Source: Fidelibacterota bacterium
Lineage (GTDB): Bacteria; Fidelibacterota; UBA2242; JAFGTP01
Reading direction: 5' to 3'
Assembly: GCA_016934035.1 (NCBI GenBank)
Contig: JAFGTP010000011.1
Location: 60,486-124,485 of the forward strand
DNA: 64,000 nucleotides
Shown: piece by piece, positions 1 through 9,047 of the stretch
How the letters are laid out: every line of letters starts with the position of its first letter
Numbering within the stretch: position 1 is the stretch's first letter
Program-made: the position numbers and the translations under genes
The notes under the pieces: model-generated
Told to the model about the DNA's origin: nothing
Seen by the model: only the letters and a program-made list of their open reading frames with translations
The model's database searches: none

Positions 1-130
1 AACCTGAATTTCTTTTCCTGCTGAATTTCCAGTCATCAGCAGAATAATAAGCAAATAGTATTTTAATGAATTCATGTTACACCATAATAATCTGATAAAT
101 GATATTAAGACATTGAAACTATTATGTCAA

Positions 131-162
131 ATAAAAAAAAAGGCTGACATTTTGCCAGCCTT
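131..162 (-). terminator. Rho-independent terminator-like hairpin (AAGGCTG...CAGCCTT) followed on the minus strand by a T-run; downstream of the minus-strand gene ending at 183
   Basis: Inverted repeat 140-146/156-162, flanked by an A-run at 131-139 (a T-run on the minus strand). The T-rich tract on the plus side makes it possibly bidirectional. Confidence 0.4.
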
Positions 163-182
163 GAAGTCTGATTTTTTGATTT

Positions 183-1496
183 TTAAAAAAAAAAAGAAGT
201 TGTAATAATCAAATTCTGACTGTTGTATTTTCGGTAAATCGGATATTCAAAATATTCCTTGTTAATGGTGCTTTTGCCCAGTTCAAATTGATAGGTCAGG
301 CCCATATGAAAATTGTTAAGCAGCTGAGTTTCGAAACCAATTCCGGTCAGATGGACTTTTTCATCTCCTTCTGGCAAATCATAATAGGGAAGGGTGATGA
401 TACGATGACCCAGGTTAAACCTGTAGTTATCAAAAAAGTTTGTGGAACATCCAAAACCCCAATCAAAGGTTGTTTTCAGATTGTTGCGTATTTCGCTATT
501 GATCCTTTTATCCGTTGAGAGGCCATCATCATCGGTTAAGTTGGATTGAAATTTCATATTGTGCCAATCCTGCATTTTGACATCGAACAGGAGCATAATG
601 TTTCCCAAACGGTATTCAATACCGGTTGAAACGGCACTGGGTGATTTAATTTGGTAAGTGATTCGGTCGGAATAATTTTCTATTTCTGATGTACCATCAT
701 CATAGGTCCATTTTTCAGAACCATCGTAATCCTCATCGACATGCAGGATAAAGGGTGTGGATATATTGGCGCCAAATTTAAAGAATTCTGTCTTATAGAG
801 CAATCCGACATTGAGGTTTATACCGGAATAATCCGGATTGACAGCAACATTTTTATGGATCGCGCTATAAAGAAAATTATCACTGATATCCCTATCCGTA
901 AAATTGTACTCCTGGTTTTGATTCCCCCGGTAATAATTGAGAGAAGTGCCTATGTACAGGTTCTTTTGCCATTCAAAAGCCAAACCGGCACGGGTGACAT
1001 TCATAGTCCCCGATTTTTCAAAACTGTTATCTACCGTAAAGGGTGCATCATCATATATAAAATCGCCAATCGCTTCTGCATGATCAAAATAATTTGCGAC
1101 GGTAGAGTGGGACAGGCCAAAAACAAAACTGCCCCGATAAACAGGCACGGGTATGACCAGGTTGATTCCGTCCAGGTTTGTTTTTTTCAAATCAGAATGG
1201 TTAAAGGTACTATTAATGAGATTATCGGAATAATTGAATTTGGAGTCTTGTGTCAAATTATTATTTCTGAAAGAAATACTGATTGAAAGCCTTTTGGTTT
1301 CCCCTAAAATGGCCGGATTGGAAGCCAAGGCACTGACACTATTTGATGAGGCCGTAGTGTTATTGGCGAGAGCAGCATTGGCGCTACCAAAATTTTGAAA
1401 ATACCATAAGGGATTAATGCAGTCCTCAAAGTTTTGGGCTGAAACCAGGGAGAATGAAAGGACCAAAAGAAAAAACAGTTTTTTCAACATCGGCAA
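183..1496 (-). CDS. Secreted outer-membrane beta-barrel-like protein of unknown function
   Basis: N-terminal signal peptide (MPMLKKLFFLLVLSFSLVSAQ). Alternating hydrophobic/polar beta-strand-like segments, a C-terminal aromatic (…TTSFFF) and no hydrophobic helices. Confidence 0.45.
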   Translation of the reverse strand: MPMLKKLFFLLVLSFSLVSAQNFEDCINPLWYFQNFGSANAALANNTTASSNSVSALASNPAILGETKRLSISISFRNNNLTQDSKFNYSDNLINSTFNHSDLKKTNLDGINLVIPVPVYRGSFVFGLSHSTVANYFDHAEAIGDFIYDDAPFTVDNSFEKSGTMNVTRAGLAFEWQKNLYIGTSLNYYRGNQNQEYNFTDRDISDNFLYSAIHKNVAVNPDYSGINLNVGLLYKTEFFKFGANISTPFILHVDEDYDGSEKWTYDDGTSEIENYSDRITYQIKSPSAVSTGIEYRLGNIMLLFDVKMQDWHNMKFQSNLTDDDGLSTDKRINSEIRNNLKTTFDWGFGCSTNFFDNYRFNLGHRIITLPYYDLPEGDEKVHLTGIGFETQLLNNFHMGLTYQFELGKSTINKEYFEYPIYRKYNSQNLIITTSFFF

Positions 1497-1505
1497 AACT
1501 CCTTT

Positions 1506-2744
1506 CTATTTTTTGGTTTTGCTTTTTGAACTGCTATTGGAACGACTGGAACTGCCTGCGGATGTAGCCTTTGATGAACTGGACGATCTGCTTGAACTAA
1601 CTGAACTTCGTGTGGGTGTGGATTTGGTGGATGAGGAAGAACTTCTGTTTGAAGAAGAGGAACTACGAATAGACCTGGAGGATGACGAACCGGAGTTGGC
1701 GCTGGATTTAATTGAGGTATTGTTATTAATTCTCGTTCTCGATGGTTTCGAGTAACTCTGGTTTGGGCTTGTGGATTTGACGGAGTTGGTTGACTGTTTT
1801 TTGTCTGATGAAGATATTGTCTCATTTCTGTCGGAAGTTTTGTTTTTTATTCTGGAAGAGTTGACAGGTGTTGTGTTATTGGGTTGAGATGCTGAATTGC
1901 CGGTGCTGGTATTGTTTGATATACCGGAAGTTCTGTTGACGTTTTCTGTTGTTGAAGTTGTTGTTGAATGGCCTGATGTAACGGATGTTGAGGAACTCAA
2001 TGGCATTCCGGAAACTGTCGCTGTATTGAGTTTGAATGAATCCTGATCTGGATATTTCTGCCGGACGAGATTTTTATTTTGAGATTGATTTCTGTTGCTG
2101 GTGGTTGTTCCGTTTACGATTCCTATTGGTATTTCATCATTGGTGGTGGTGATTGTTCCACCTGCCCTTGATATCTGCATGGGAGAGTAAGTGGGGGTTG
2201 TAGAAACTTCCCTTGGAGAAAGTTTTCGATCTTTTTCTTTTTTAATTTTTCCAATTTGTCTGGAATCGTCACTGAAATGATGGGATGAACCACCATAGTA
2301 GCCGCCTCCGCCACGATGCCACCAGGCATAATTATAATAACCTCCCGGATAATAATGGCCATAATACCAGTGAGAGTTCCAATAGCCCGGGTGCCGATAT
2401 GTATAATAGTAATCGTCATAATAATAAGGATAATATCCATAATAATAATCCCAGGAAGACCAACCATAGGGTCTGTAACGATAACTCCAGGGAGAGGTGA
2501 AATAATTAAAGGAAAAATAGGGAGAATCGTAGTAATAAGGATCATAGCCGTAATAATTGTAGTTGTTGATCATTGTGCCGAATTCATAGTCACTATAGCC
2601 ATCATCATAATTATCTGACGTATATGCACCTTCTTCTTCCACGGTGATGTTTTCACGGATCACATCGGGAGAGGATATTTGAGTATAGCAAGAGGTCATT
2701 GCCAGTGCAAATATCAGAATTAAAATTGTTTTTATATACTTCAT
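1506..2744 (-). CDS. Lipoprotein with an extreme Tyr/Gly/Trp-rich low-complexity region followed by a long Ser/Thr/Asn-rich tail (unknown function)
   Basis: Probable start MKYIKTILILIFALAMTSC, a lipobox with Cys. About 110 aa are dominated by Y, G, W, P and D (YYGYDPYYYDSPYF…GGYYNYAWWHRGGGGYYGG). About 250 aa of S/T/N/R repeats (SSSSRS) follow, ending KSKTKK. The upstream ATG at 2771 only adds MINNNNGGH. Confidence 0.55.
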   Translation of the reverse strand: MKYIKTILILIFALAMTSCYTQISSPDVIRENITVEEEGAYTSDNYDDGYSDYEFGTMINNYNYYGYDPYYYDSPYFSFNYFTSPWSYRYRPYGWSSWDYYYGYYPYYYDDYYYTYRHPGYWNSHWYYGHYYPGGYYNYAWWHRGGGGYYGGSSHHFSDDSRQIGKIKKEKDRKLSPREVSTTPTYSPMQISRAGGTITTTNDEIPIGIVNGTTTSNRNQSQNKNLVRQKYPDQDSFKLNTATVSGMPLSSSTSVTSGHSTTTSTTENVNRTSGISNNTSTGNSASQPNNTTPVNSSRIKNKTSDRNETISSSDKKQSTNSVKSTSPNQSYSKPSRTRINNNTSIKSSANSGSSSSRSIRSSSSSNRSSSSSTKSTPTRSSVSSSRSSSSSKATSAGSSSRSNSSSKSKTKK

Positions 2745-2795
2745 ATGGCCTCCGTTGTTATTATTTATCATAAATGTAAGGATGTTTGTTTTTTA

Positions 2796-4487
2796 TTACA
2801 AGTCTTTCATTTCTGAGTTGATATTTTGTGATCTGGTTAACATTGTCCGGTAAAAGTTTACCCATTTTAAAGGACTTTCATTTTTAAACTTAATTTGAAC
2901 CTGAGTATTTTCGGTAATGAAATGAAGGGTTTTGCCTCCTTCGGCATAAAGTTGTTTGATATCAGAAAAGAGGTATTCATATTGTTTCTTTCCATTATAT
3001 ATAAATTTACTCTTTTCGATGACTAAGGTTCCCTGATCCATCTTTTTTATATGGGGAAAATTGCCAAGATAAAGTTCAGTTTCATGACTTTTATACCTTT
3101 CCTGTTCAATGGAAAAATTTTGAAGGCGATGATACCAATATCCGAAGGATTCTTTTAAATTATTAATTTCCAAATGATTATCTTTGGTGATTTGACCAGT
3201 CGCCCGACAGCTGCAACATTTAATTTTATCATCTTCATATTCACGCATGGCATCAATATCTCCGCATATTGGACAGCGCCAAAACAGATTTGTTAAACCG
3301 GAATTAATTCTTTTATCGGATAAAATTTTGTTTTTAAAGGTTTGCTCATCTGAATGGATGGTATTCTTTAAATTCTGTTCAAATTTTTGAGGGGATAATT
3401 TTTTTATATTTTGTATTGGCGGATGAAATCGTACCTGAACTCGGGCTCTTCTGATATTATCGGCCCATCTTGGCCACAAGGCATAAATGCCGGCAATGGA
3501 TACAGGTATAATGGGGACGGGAACTTTTTGTAACAAGCGGATGACACCATCAGGAAATTCCGAAGGTTCCCCAGTCCAGCTTCTTTGACCTTCAGCAAAA
3601 TAACCGACAGCGTAGCCTTCATGCATTAATTTAAAAAATTTTCTAATTCCAGAAGGATCTTTTGTAAATCGTTTAATGGGAATTGACCCCATTTGGTGAA
3701 AGAAAAAGCGGTTTAGTTTCTTTTTAAAAACATCTGCCGTTGTTAAAAATCTGATATTTCGGAAAATACCGCCACCAAGAAAAAAAGGATCAGCATAGGA
3801 AAGATGGTTTGCGATAAAAAGGACACCACCTTTTTCCGGGATATTTTCAATGCCCAAATACGTGACCGGATATTTTAGCCGGAATAAAAGACGAATAATT
3901 GCCTGGGCAATCAACCTTGACAGATGTGGGGACCTGATTTTCGGTCTTTTTAATGTTAGAAAAAATGGCACTTCCGAGCTGTAGTCGATGTATTTATTTT
4001 TAAATTCAGTTAAACATTTCTTTTCGTAAAAAAAGTAGAGATAAAATAGGGCAATCATAAAAAATAAAGGTGTGAAAAAAAATAATCCTGTAAATGAAGG
4101 AAATAGGATTAACAATGAAAGGAGCATCATAAAATAGGTGTAAAAGACTGGATGCCTTGATTGCAAAAACATGCCTTCCCAGATTATCCTTTTGGGAAGT
4201 GAAAAGGGAAACGGTATTTTTTCTGCGCAAAGATAAAATAATATAAAATTTTTCAGTGTCAGGTATAAAAAAAAGAAAAAGAAACCTGAAAATAGTACGA
4301 TTAGAAAACCGGGTGGGGCAAATTTAACTGCCAGCCAATTATCAAAAAATTTAGATAGAAAAAGAACCGCTGCCGGAAAAATAAAAAAAATGGTCGTTGT
4401 TTTTAGGGTTTTGTGATCTGTTTTTTTCATAGATTTTTTCTGAGTCTTTCTCAGAAAGAATCTAAAATTCGACCAATTCCAAAACAA
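2796..4487 (-). CDS. Multidomain membrane acyltransferase: N-terminal polytopic membrane domain, PlsC-type lysophospholipid acyltransferase domain and C-terminal Cys4 zinc-ribbon domain
   Basis: An HX4D acyltransferase motif (FIANHLSYADPF) and a downstream AEGQRS/PVPIIPV motif are typical of the PlsC/LPLAT family. At least five predicted TM helices lie N-terminally, including an SRHP motif reminiscent of ICMT/DUF1295-type membrane enzymes. CPICGD…CCSCRATG is a zinc ribbon. The likely start is the internal MKKTDHK at 4430. Confidence 0.6.
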   Translation of the reverse strand: MFWNWSNFRFFLRKTQKKSMKKTDHKTLKTTTIFFIFPAAVLFLSKFFDNWLAVKFAPPGFLIVLFSGFFFFFLYLTLKNFILFYLCAEKIPFPFSLPKRIIWEGMFLQSRHPVFYTYFMMLLSLLILFPSFTGLFFFTPLFFMIALFYLYFFYEKKCLTEFKNKYIDYSSEVPFFLTLKRPKIRSPHLSRLIAQAIIRLLFRLKYPVTYLGIENIPEKGGVLFIANHLSYADPFFLGGGIFRNIRFLTTADVFKKKLNRFFFHQMGSIPIKRFTKDPSGIRKFFKLMHEGYAVGYFAEGQRSWTGEPSEFPDGVIRLLQKVPVPIIPVSIAGIYALWPRWADNIRRARVQVRFHPPIQNIKKLSPQKFEQNLKNTIHSDEQTFKNKILSDKRINSGLTNLFWRCPICGDIDAMREYEDDKIKCCSCRATGQITKDNHLEINNLKESFGYWYHRLQNFSIEQERYKSHETELYLGNFPHIKKMDQGTLVIEKSKFIYNGKKQYEYLFSDIKQLYAEGGKTLHFITENTQVQIKFKNESPLKWVNFYRTMLTRSQNINSEMKDL

Positions 4488-4556
4488 TGAAAATTTTATT
4501 TACTTTTTTATTTTAGTTTTTTGCATCTAATTTTCCAGCAATCGGGAACTGATCAG

Positions 4557-5129
4557 ATGAAAAAAATATTGATTATTGATAACTTTGATTCCTTTACCTA
4601 CAACTTATTTCAGCAAATTCAAAAATTTTATTGCGGTAGGGTTGAAGTATATCGGAATAATGTGTTGTCATTGGAACAGATTGATAAAGAAAAGTATGCT
4701 GCTTTAGTGATATCACCGGGCCCCGGAAGACCCGAAAATGCCGGAATATCAATTGCAGCCATTGGATTTTATGGTGAAAAACTTCCTGTTTTAGGTATCT
4801 GTCTGGGTATGCAGTGTATCAACGAAGTTTTTGGTGGTTATACGAGAAAGTGTTTATTTCCGGTCCATGGTAAAGCCACGCCAATTCTCAATAATGGAAC
4901 AGGCTTGTTTGAAAATGTTCCTAAAAAATTTAAAGTAGCGCGATATCATTCCCTGGAAACAGGGGGCATTCCTGATGTATTGAAAATCAATAGTCAGACC
5001 GGGGAGGGGGTTGTGATGTCCATCATGCATCATGATAAACCAGTTTTCGGGTTGCAATTTCATCCGGAATCTTTTATGACTGAATACGGTGACCAGTTAA
5101 TAATAAATTTTCTAAAATATGTTAAATAA
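4557..5129 (+). CDS. pabA: Aminodeoxychorismate/anthranilate synthase component II (class I glutamine amidotransferase)
   Basis: KILIIDNFDSFTYNL…GICLGMQ catalytic Cys and a C-terminal HPES motif. Start taken as the internal ATG at 4557 (MKKILIID). PabA is preferred over TrpG because pabB- and pabC-like genes follow. Confidence 0.7.
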   Translation: MKKILIIDNFDSFTYNLFQQIQKFYCGRVEVYRNNVLSLEQIDKEKYAALVISPGPGRPENAGISIAAIGFYGEKLPVLGICLGMQCINEVFGGYTRKCLFPVHGKATPILNNGTGLFENVPKKFKVARYHSLETGGIPDVLKINSQTGEGVVMSIMHHDKPVFGLQFHPESFMTEYGDQLIINFLKYVK

Positions 5130-6465
5130 GTTTATAAAAATTAAAAATTATGAAATTCATAAACTAAATTATGAAAATCCCATCGAGGTTTTTGAAAATC
5201 ACGCTCATCAATATGGCAGTGTGGTTTTGACAGGGAAAGGCGATGAATCCAATTCCCGGTTTTCAATGATTGGATTTTTACCGAATTTTGAAATGGTTTA
5301 TGACGGCTATGACGTTTTGGTGAATGGTGATCCGGTGGCAGGTACGGTATGGAATATTTGGCATCGGTTACTTCATGAATCTGCTTTTCATGAATTGGAA
5401 TATCCGGCCAGTTTATGCGGCTTTGTTGGTTTTGCAAGTTATGAGTTGGGAAAAGGTCTTGAGTTCTTGCCAAAAACCACGATTGATTCATATACAATGC
5501 CGGTTATTCAGTTATTGACTTATGAAAATTATATTATATTTGACCATTCGAATAGAGAGGTATGGCATATCAATTTCAACTATGAATCTACCTATAAAAA
5601 AATAATTCAAAAGGTTGTTGATCAATCGTTTGAAATTTTTAATATTCAACCGGAAGCCAACAGAGAAGAATATAAAAATAAAGTTACCAGAATAAAAAAT
5701 TATATCCTTGAAGGAGATGTTTATGAGGTCAATCTGACACAACAGATCAAGGCTGATTTTAATGGCGATGGATTTTCTCTTTTTAAGAGGCTTTACAGCA
5801 AAAATGACGCACCATATTCCTGTTATTTTAATTTAGACAGATTACAGATTGTTTCGAATTCGCCGGAATTGTTTCTCAAAGCAATAGGCAAAAGTGTTGA
5901 AACACGGCCGATTAAAGGTACAATTTCCCGAAGTGATGATCCGGTCCTGGATAATATTAACAAAGGGACTCTGTTAAATTCAGAAAAAGATCAGGCTGAA
6001 TTATTTATGATTATTGATTTATTAAGAAATGATCTGGGTAAAGTATCCAACATCGGCAGCGTGAAAGTGATAAACTCCAAAAAACTAGAATGTTTCAAAA
6101 ACGTTTTTCATCTGGTTGGTATAGTGGAATCGGAACTAAGCCGGGATCATGATTACATTGATCTGATAAGGGCAACATTCCCCGGTGGATCAATTACTGG
6201 GTGCCCGAAAATCAGATCGATGGAAATTATTGATGAACTAGAAACCTACACACGGAATCTCTATACGGGATCAATTTTTATTATGAACAGAGAGTTTTTG
6301 AATTCGAGCATTGTTATACGGACTGCAGTAATAAAGGACCAGGAAATTTTTATAAATTCCGGTGGTGCGATAACAATCGATTCGGATCCGGAACAGGAAT
6401 ATCAGGAAATGACAGAGAAAATAAAAAATATTATGGAGTCACTTGGAAATGATTGTTTTTCATAA
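5119..6465 (+). CDS. pabB: Aminodeoxychorismate synthase component I (chorismate-binding enzyme)
   Basis: The chorismate-binding C-terminal half carries PGGSITGCPK and LETYTRNLYTGSI motifs. It overlaps pabA by 11 nt. Confidence 0.7.
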   Translation: MLNKFIKIKNYEIHKLNYENPIEVFENHAHQYGSVVLTGKGDESNSRFSMIGFLPNFEMVYDGYDVLVNGDPVAGTVWNIWHRLLHESAFHELEYPASLCGFVGFASYELGKGLEFLPKTTIDSYTMPVIQLLTYENYIIFDHSNREVWHINFNYESTYKKIIQKVVDQSFEIFNIQPEANREEYKNKVTRIKNYILEGDVYEVNLTQQIKADFNGDGFSLFKRLYSKNDAPYSCYFNLDRLQIVSNSPELFLKAIGKSVETRPIKGTISRSDDPVLDNINKGTLLNSEKDQAELFMIIDLLRNDLGKVSNIGSVKVINSKKLECFKNVFHLVGIVESELSRDHDYIDLIRATFPGGSITGCPKIRSMEIIDELETYTRNLYTGSIFIMNREFLNSSIVIRTAVIKDQEIFINSGGAITIDSDPEQEYQEMTEKIKNIMESLGNDCFS

Positions 6466-7225
6466 AAAATCTTATTTGGAAGACACAGAGGTAAAAATTG
6501 CAGTAAATTCACCCGGATTTCAGTATGGTATGGGTTTTTTCACGTCGCTTAAATTTATCGATGGACAAGCCCAATTTTTAAATTACCATCTGGAGCGAAT
6601 ATATCATTCCTGTCGAGTTTTCAATATTCCCTTTAATCCCATTGATATAAACAAGATCATCGAAAACCTCATGAAAAAAAATAATTTGCTGGAATCCCGT
6701 ATAAAACTAATCATTTACGTCGATGAAGACTTAATGGGGCAATATCTGATTATACCTCAGAACCTGATAATAAATAAATATGAAAAGAATTTGGATTCAG
6801 TGGCAGTAGATCGGGGAGATTTAATCCTGAATCACCACAAATCGCTAAATTATTTTGATAATATTCGAATGAAAAATACAATCAGAGAAAATTTTGATGA
6901 CTTAATATTGTTCAGTAAAAAAGGACAGGTTCTGGAAGCAACGACTTCAAATATATTTTTCTTAGACAAGGATACGCTATATACACCTCCTTTAAATCTA
7001 CCGATATTAAACGGAATAATAAGAAGGGTAATTTTAGAATCGCAGGATATCCGGTGTGTGGAAAAGGAAATTTCCATGAATGAAATCATAGATTTTGCGG
7101 CTTGTTTTTTGACCAATTCAATAAAAGGAATTATACCTGTAAAATCAATTGTGTATAAGTCCAAAAGAATGATTTTTAATTGTGAAAATATTAATAAATT
7201 ACCGTCTAAATTATTAATGCTTTAG
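6443..7225 (+). CDS. pabC: Aminodeoxychorismate lyase / class IV aminotransferase
   Basis: Fold-type IV aminotransferase-like sequence of the right size (260 aa) placed after pabAB. It overlaps pabB by 23 nt. Confidence 0.6.
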   Translation: MEMIVFHKKSYLEDTEVKIAVNSPGFQYGMGFFTSLKFIDGQAQFLNYHLERIYHSCRVFNIPFNPIDINKIIENLMKKNNLLESRIKLIIYVDEDLMGQYLIIPQNLIINKYEKNLDSVAVDRGDLILNHHKSLNYFDNIRMKNTIRENFDDLILFSKKGQVLEATTSNIFFLDKDTLYTPPLNLPILNGIIRRVILESQDIRCVEKEISMNEIIDFAACFLTNSIKGIIPVKSIVYKSKRMIFNCENINKLPSKLLML

Positions 7226-8137
7226 GTGAAGATTATGAATTTTATCAATTATCATTTAGGTGAATTGGCTGCTTTGGCAACAGCGATTTGTTGGGCCGGG
7301 AATGCCATGTTTTTTGAAAATGCCGGGAAAAAAGTAGGTTCGTTTGCGGTAAATTATTTCAGATTGTTCATCGGGCTGTTTTTTTTGAGTATTTTTACCA
7401 CCCTTACCCGGGGTCATGTATTTCCGATTGATGCTGATGCACACACTTGGTTTTGGTTGTTTGTTTCAGGAATTGTCGGTGTTGTAATTGGCGATATGTT
7501 TCTCTTTGAAGCTTTTGTGGTGATTGGCGCAAGAATTTCAATGCTGATTATGTCCCTGGTTCCTCCTACTACAGCATTAATGGGCTGGCTGATACTCGGT
7601 GAAAAAATGAACTATTTGGAAATTTCAGGAATGACAGTAACCGTAATCGGAATTTCCATCGTCATCCTTGAACGGGACTCATCAAGTAAACAAATGAAGC
7701 TCAGTCATCCTGTGAAGGGGGTATTATTTGCGTTAGGTGGCATGTTGGGCCAGGCTGCAGGATTAATCCTCAGCAAGTATGGGGTTAGGGAATACAATGC
7801 CTTTGCTGCAACTCAAATCCGTTTGATTGCAGGTATTTTTGGCTTTACCATCATTTTTATTTTTAGAAACAACTGGAAAAAATTAGGCTGGGCATTGAAG
7901 GATTTTCATGCTATAACCCATATTGCAGCCGGTTCTTTTCTGGGGCCTTTTATCGGTATTTCATTATCGTTGATTGCAGTTCAGCGGGCCAAAGTTGGAA
8001 TTGCTTCCACATTAATTGCACTTTCACCGCTGATAATTACGGTTTTTTCAATAATTTTCAGACATGAAAAAATTTTTCTGAAAGAAGTTTTTGGAATTAT
8101 TATTGCGCTCTCAGGCGTCGTAATTTTCTTTTTGTAA
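7226..8137 (+). CDS. EamA/DMT family transporter (10 TM)
   Basis: Two repeated 5-TM EamA-like halves. It begins 1 nt after the pabC stop. Confidence 0.7.
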   Translation: MKIMNFINYHLGELAALATAICWAGNAMFFENAGKKVGSFAVNYFRLFIGLFFLSIFTTLTRGHVFPIDADAHTWFWLFVSGIVGVVIGDMFLFEAFVVIGARISMLIMSLVPPTTALMGWLILGEKMNYLEISGMTVTVIGISIVILERDSSSKQMKLSHPVKGVLFALGGMLGQAAGLILSKYGVREYNAFAATQIRLIAGIFGFTIIFIFRNNWKKLGWALKDFHAITHIAAGSFLGPFIGISLSLIAVQRAKVGIASTLIALSPLIITVFSIIFRHEKIFLKEVFGIIIALSGVVIFFL

Positions 8138-8361
8138 ATTAGGTCTTTTAGGTTCTATCGGTGTTATATTAAAATTGATTTGAACTTAAACTGATTTTAT
8201 TTTAATTAGTAAAGAATTCTGATAAAGTTTTTATTTAGATATTTGAAGGATGCATTACAATAAAATCCTAAATTCAAAATGTTATATTTAAGCTTGATTA
8301 TTATGTTTTTTTTTGTAATTTTTAGTAAGAGAAAACCGAATTGAAAAAAGAGGAGAAAAAA

Positions 8362-8928
8362 ATGCGCAGATTTCGTTTTTTGTTAACTATAGCCACCATC
8401 ACATTTATTTTTGTTGCTTGTGCCAAACAAGCCGTGGTTGAAGAGCCCGTTGTCACTGAAAAACCTCAGGTTGAAAAACAGGCCCAGCCTGTTGTTGAAC
8501 AAAAGGTTGAAAAGATTGAGGATGCATTAACAGCTGTTGCCGAAGAGGACACAATTGAGATTTTTTACATGGTAAAACCGAATGACTGGTTGTCAAAAAT
8601 CGCCCAGAATGAATATGGGGACAAATCCAAATGGAAATTAATATATAAATGGAACAAGAAAAAAATCGGCAATAATCCCAATTTGATTTTTCCTTATCAT
8701 GAATTCTTACTTAAAAAAGAAAAAGAAAACGCCAATCCGCTCAAATATGAATTTTATGAATACACTGTTAAGAAAAATGAAACTCTTTGGTCAATTGCTG
8801 GTCAAGAATATCAAAATAACTATGCCTGGATTGTCATTCTGAGAGATAATGCAACAGTTCTGGGCTCAGAATTGGATAATATTGTTCCCGGAACAGTTTT
8901 GAAATTGCGGACTAAATTGTATAATTAA
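8362..8928 (+). CDS. LysM-domain lipoprotein
   Basis: Signal/lipobox TITFIFVAC. Two LysM-like segments (YMVKPNDWLSKIA… and YTVKKNETLWSIAG…VPGTVLKL). RBS GAGGAG lies before the ATG at 8362. Confidence 0.65.
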   Translation: MRRFRFLLTIATITFIFVACAKQAVVEEPVVTEKPQVEKQAQPVVEQKVEKIEDALTAVAEEDTIEIFYMVKPNDWLSKIAQNEYGDKSKWKLIYKWNKKKIGNNPNLIFPYHEFLLKKEKENANPLKYEFYEYTVKKNETLWSIAGQEYQNNYAWIVILRDNATVLGSELDNIVPGTVLKLRTKLYN

Positions 8929-8949
8929 GGATAGAATACAATGTATTTA

Positions 8950-8981
8950 AAGCGGGAGAAATCTCCCGCTTTTTTATTTTC
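8950..8981 (+). terminator. Rho-independent terminator
   Basis: AAGCGGGAGA-aatc-TCCCGCTT followed by TTTTTTATTTT. Confidence 0.65.
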
Positions 8982-9047
8982 CGGATATTGAAAATACCAG
9001 CATTATTGAATACTTTTTAGACATATTTTAAAAGTCAGGGTAATGAG

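Noticed and set aside
1417-2618. Several overlapping ORFs on both strands (1417-1755 +, 1484-1825 -, 2123-2545 -, 2285-2500 +, 2316-2618 +) inside the Tyr-rich lipoprotein gene
   Set aside because: These are artefacts of low-complexity repetitive DNA. Their translations are homopolymeric-like (I/V-rich or E/L-rich) and they lie within a better-supported long ORF with a lipoprotein signal.
4437-4460. Inverted repeat TTTCTGA-gtctttc-TCAGAAA between the divergent acyltransferase and pabA genes
   Set aside because: It shares the TTCTGA arm with the 23626/29281 palindromes, but the spacer is 7 rather than 4 nt. A single occurrence in AT-rich DNA could be chance, so it is noted only as a possible weak operator.
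4557-6465. Alternative call as anthranilate synthase trpG/trpE
   Set aside because: No other trp genes are adjacent, and a class IV aminotransferase (ADC-lyase-like) gene follows. PabAB is favoured, though it cannot be proven without phylogeny.
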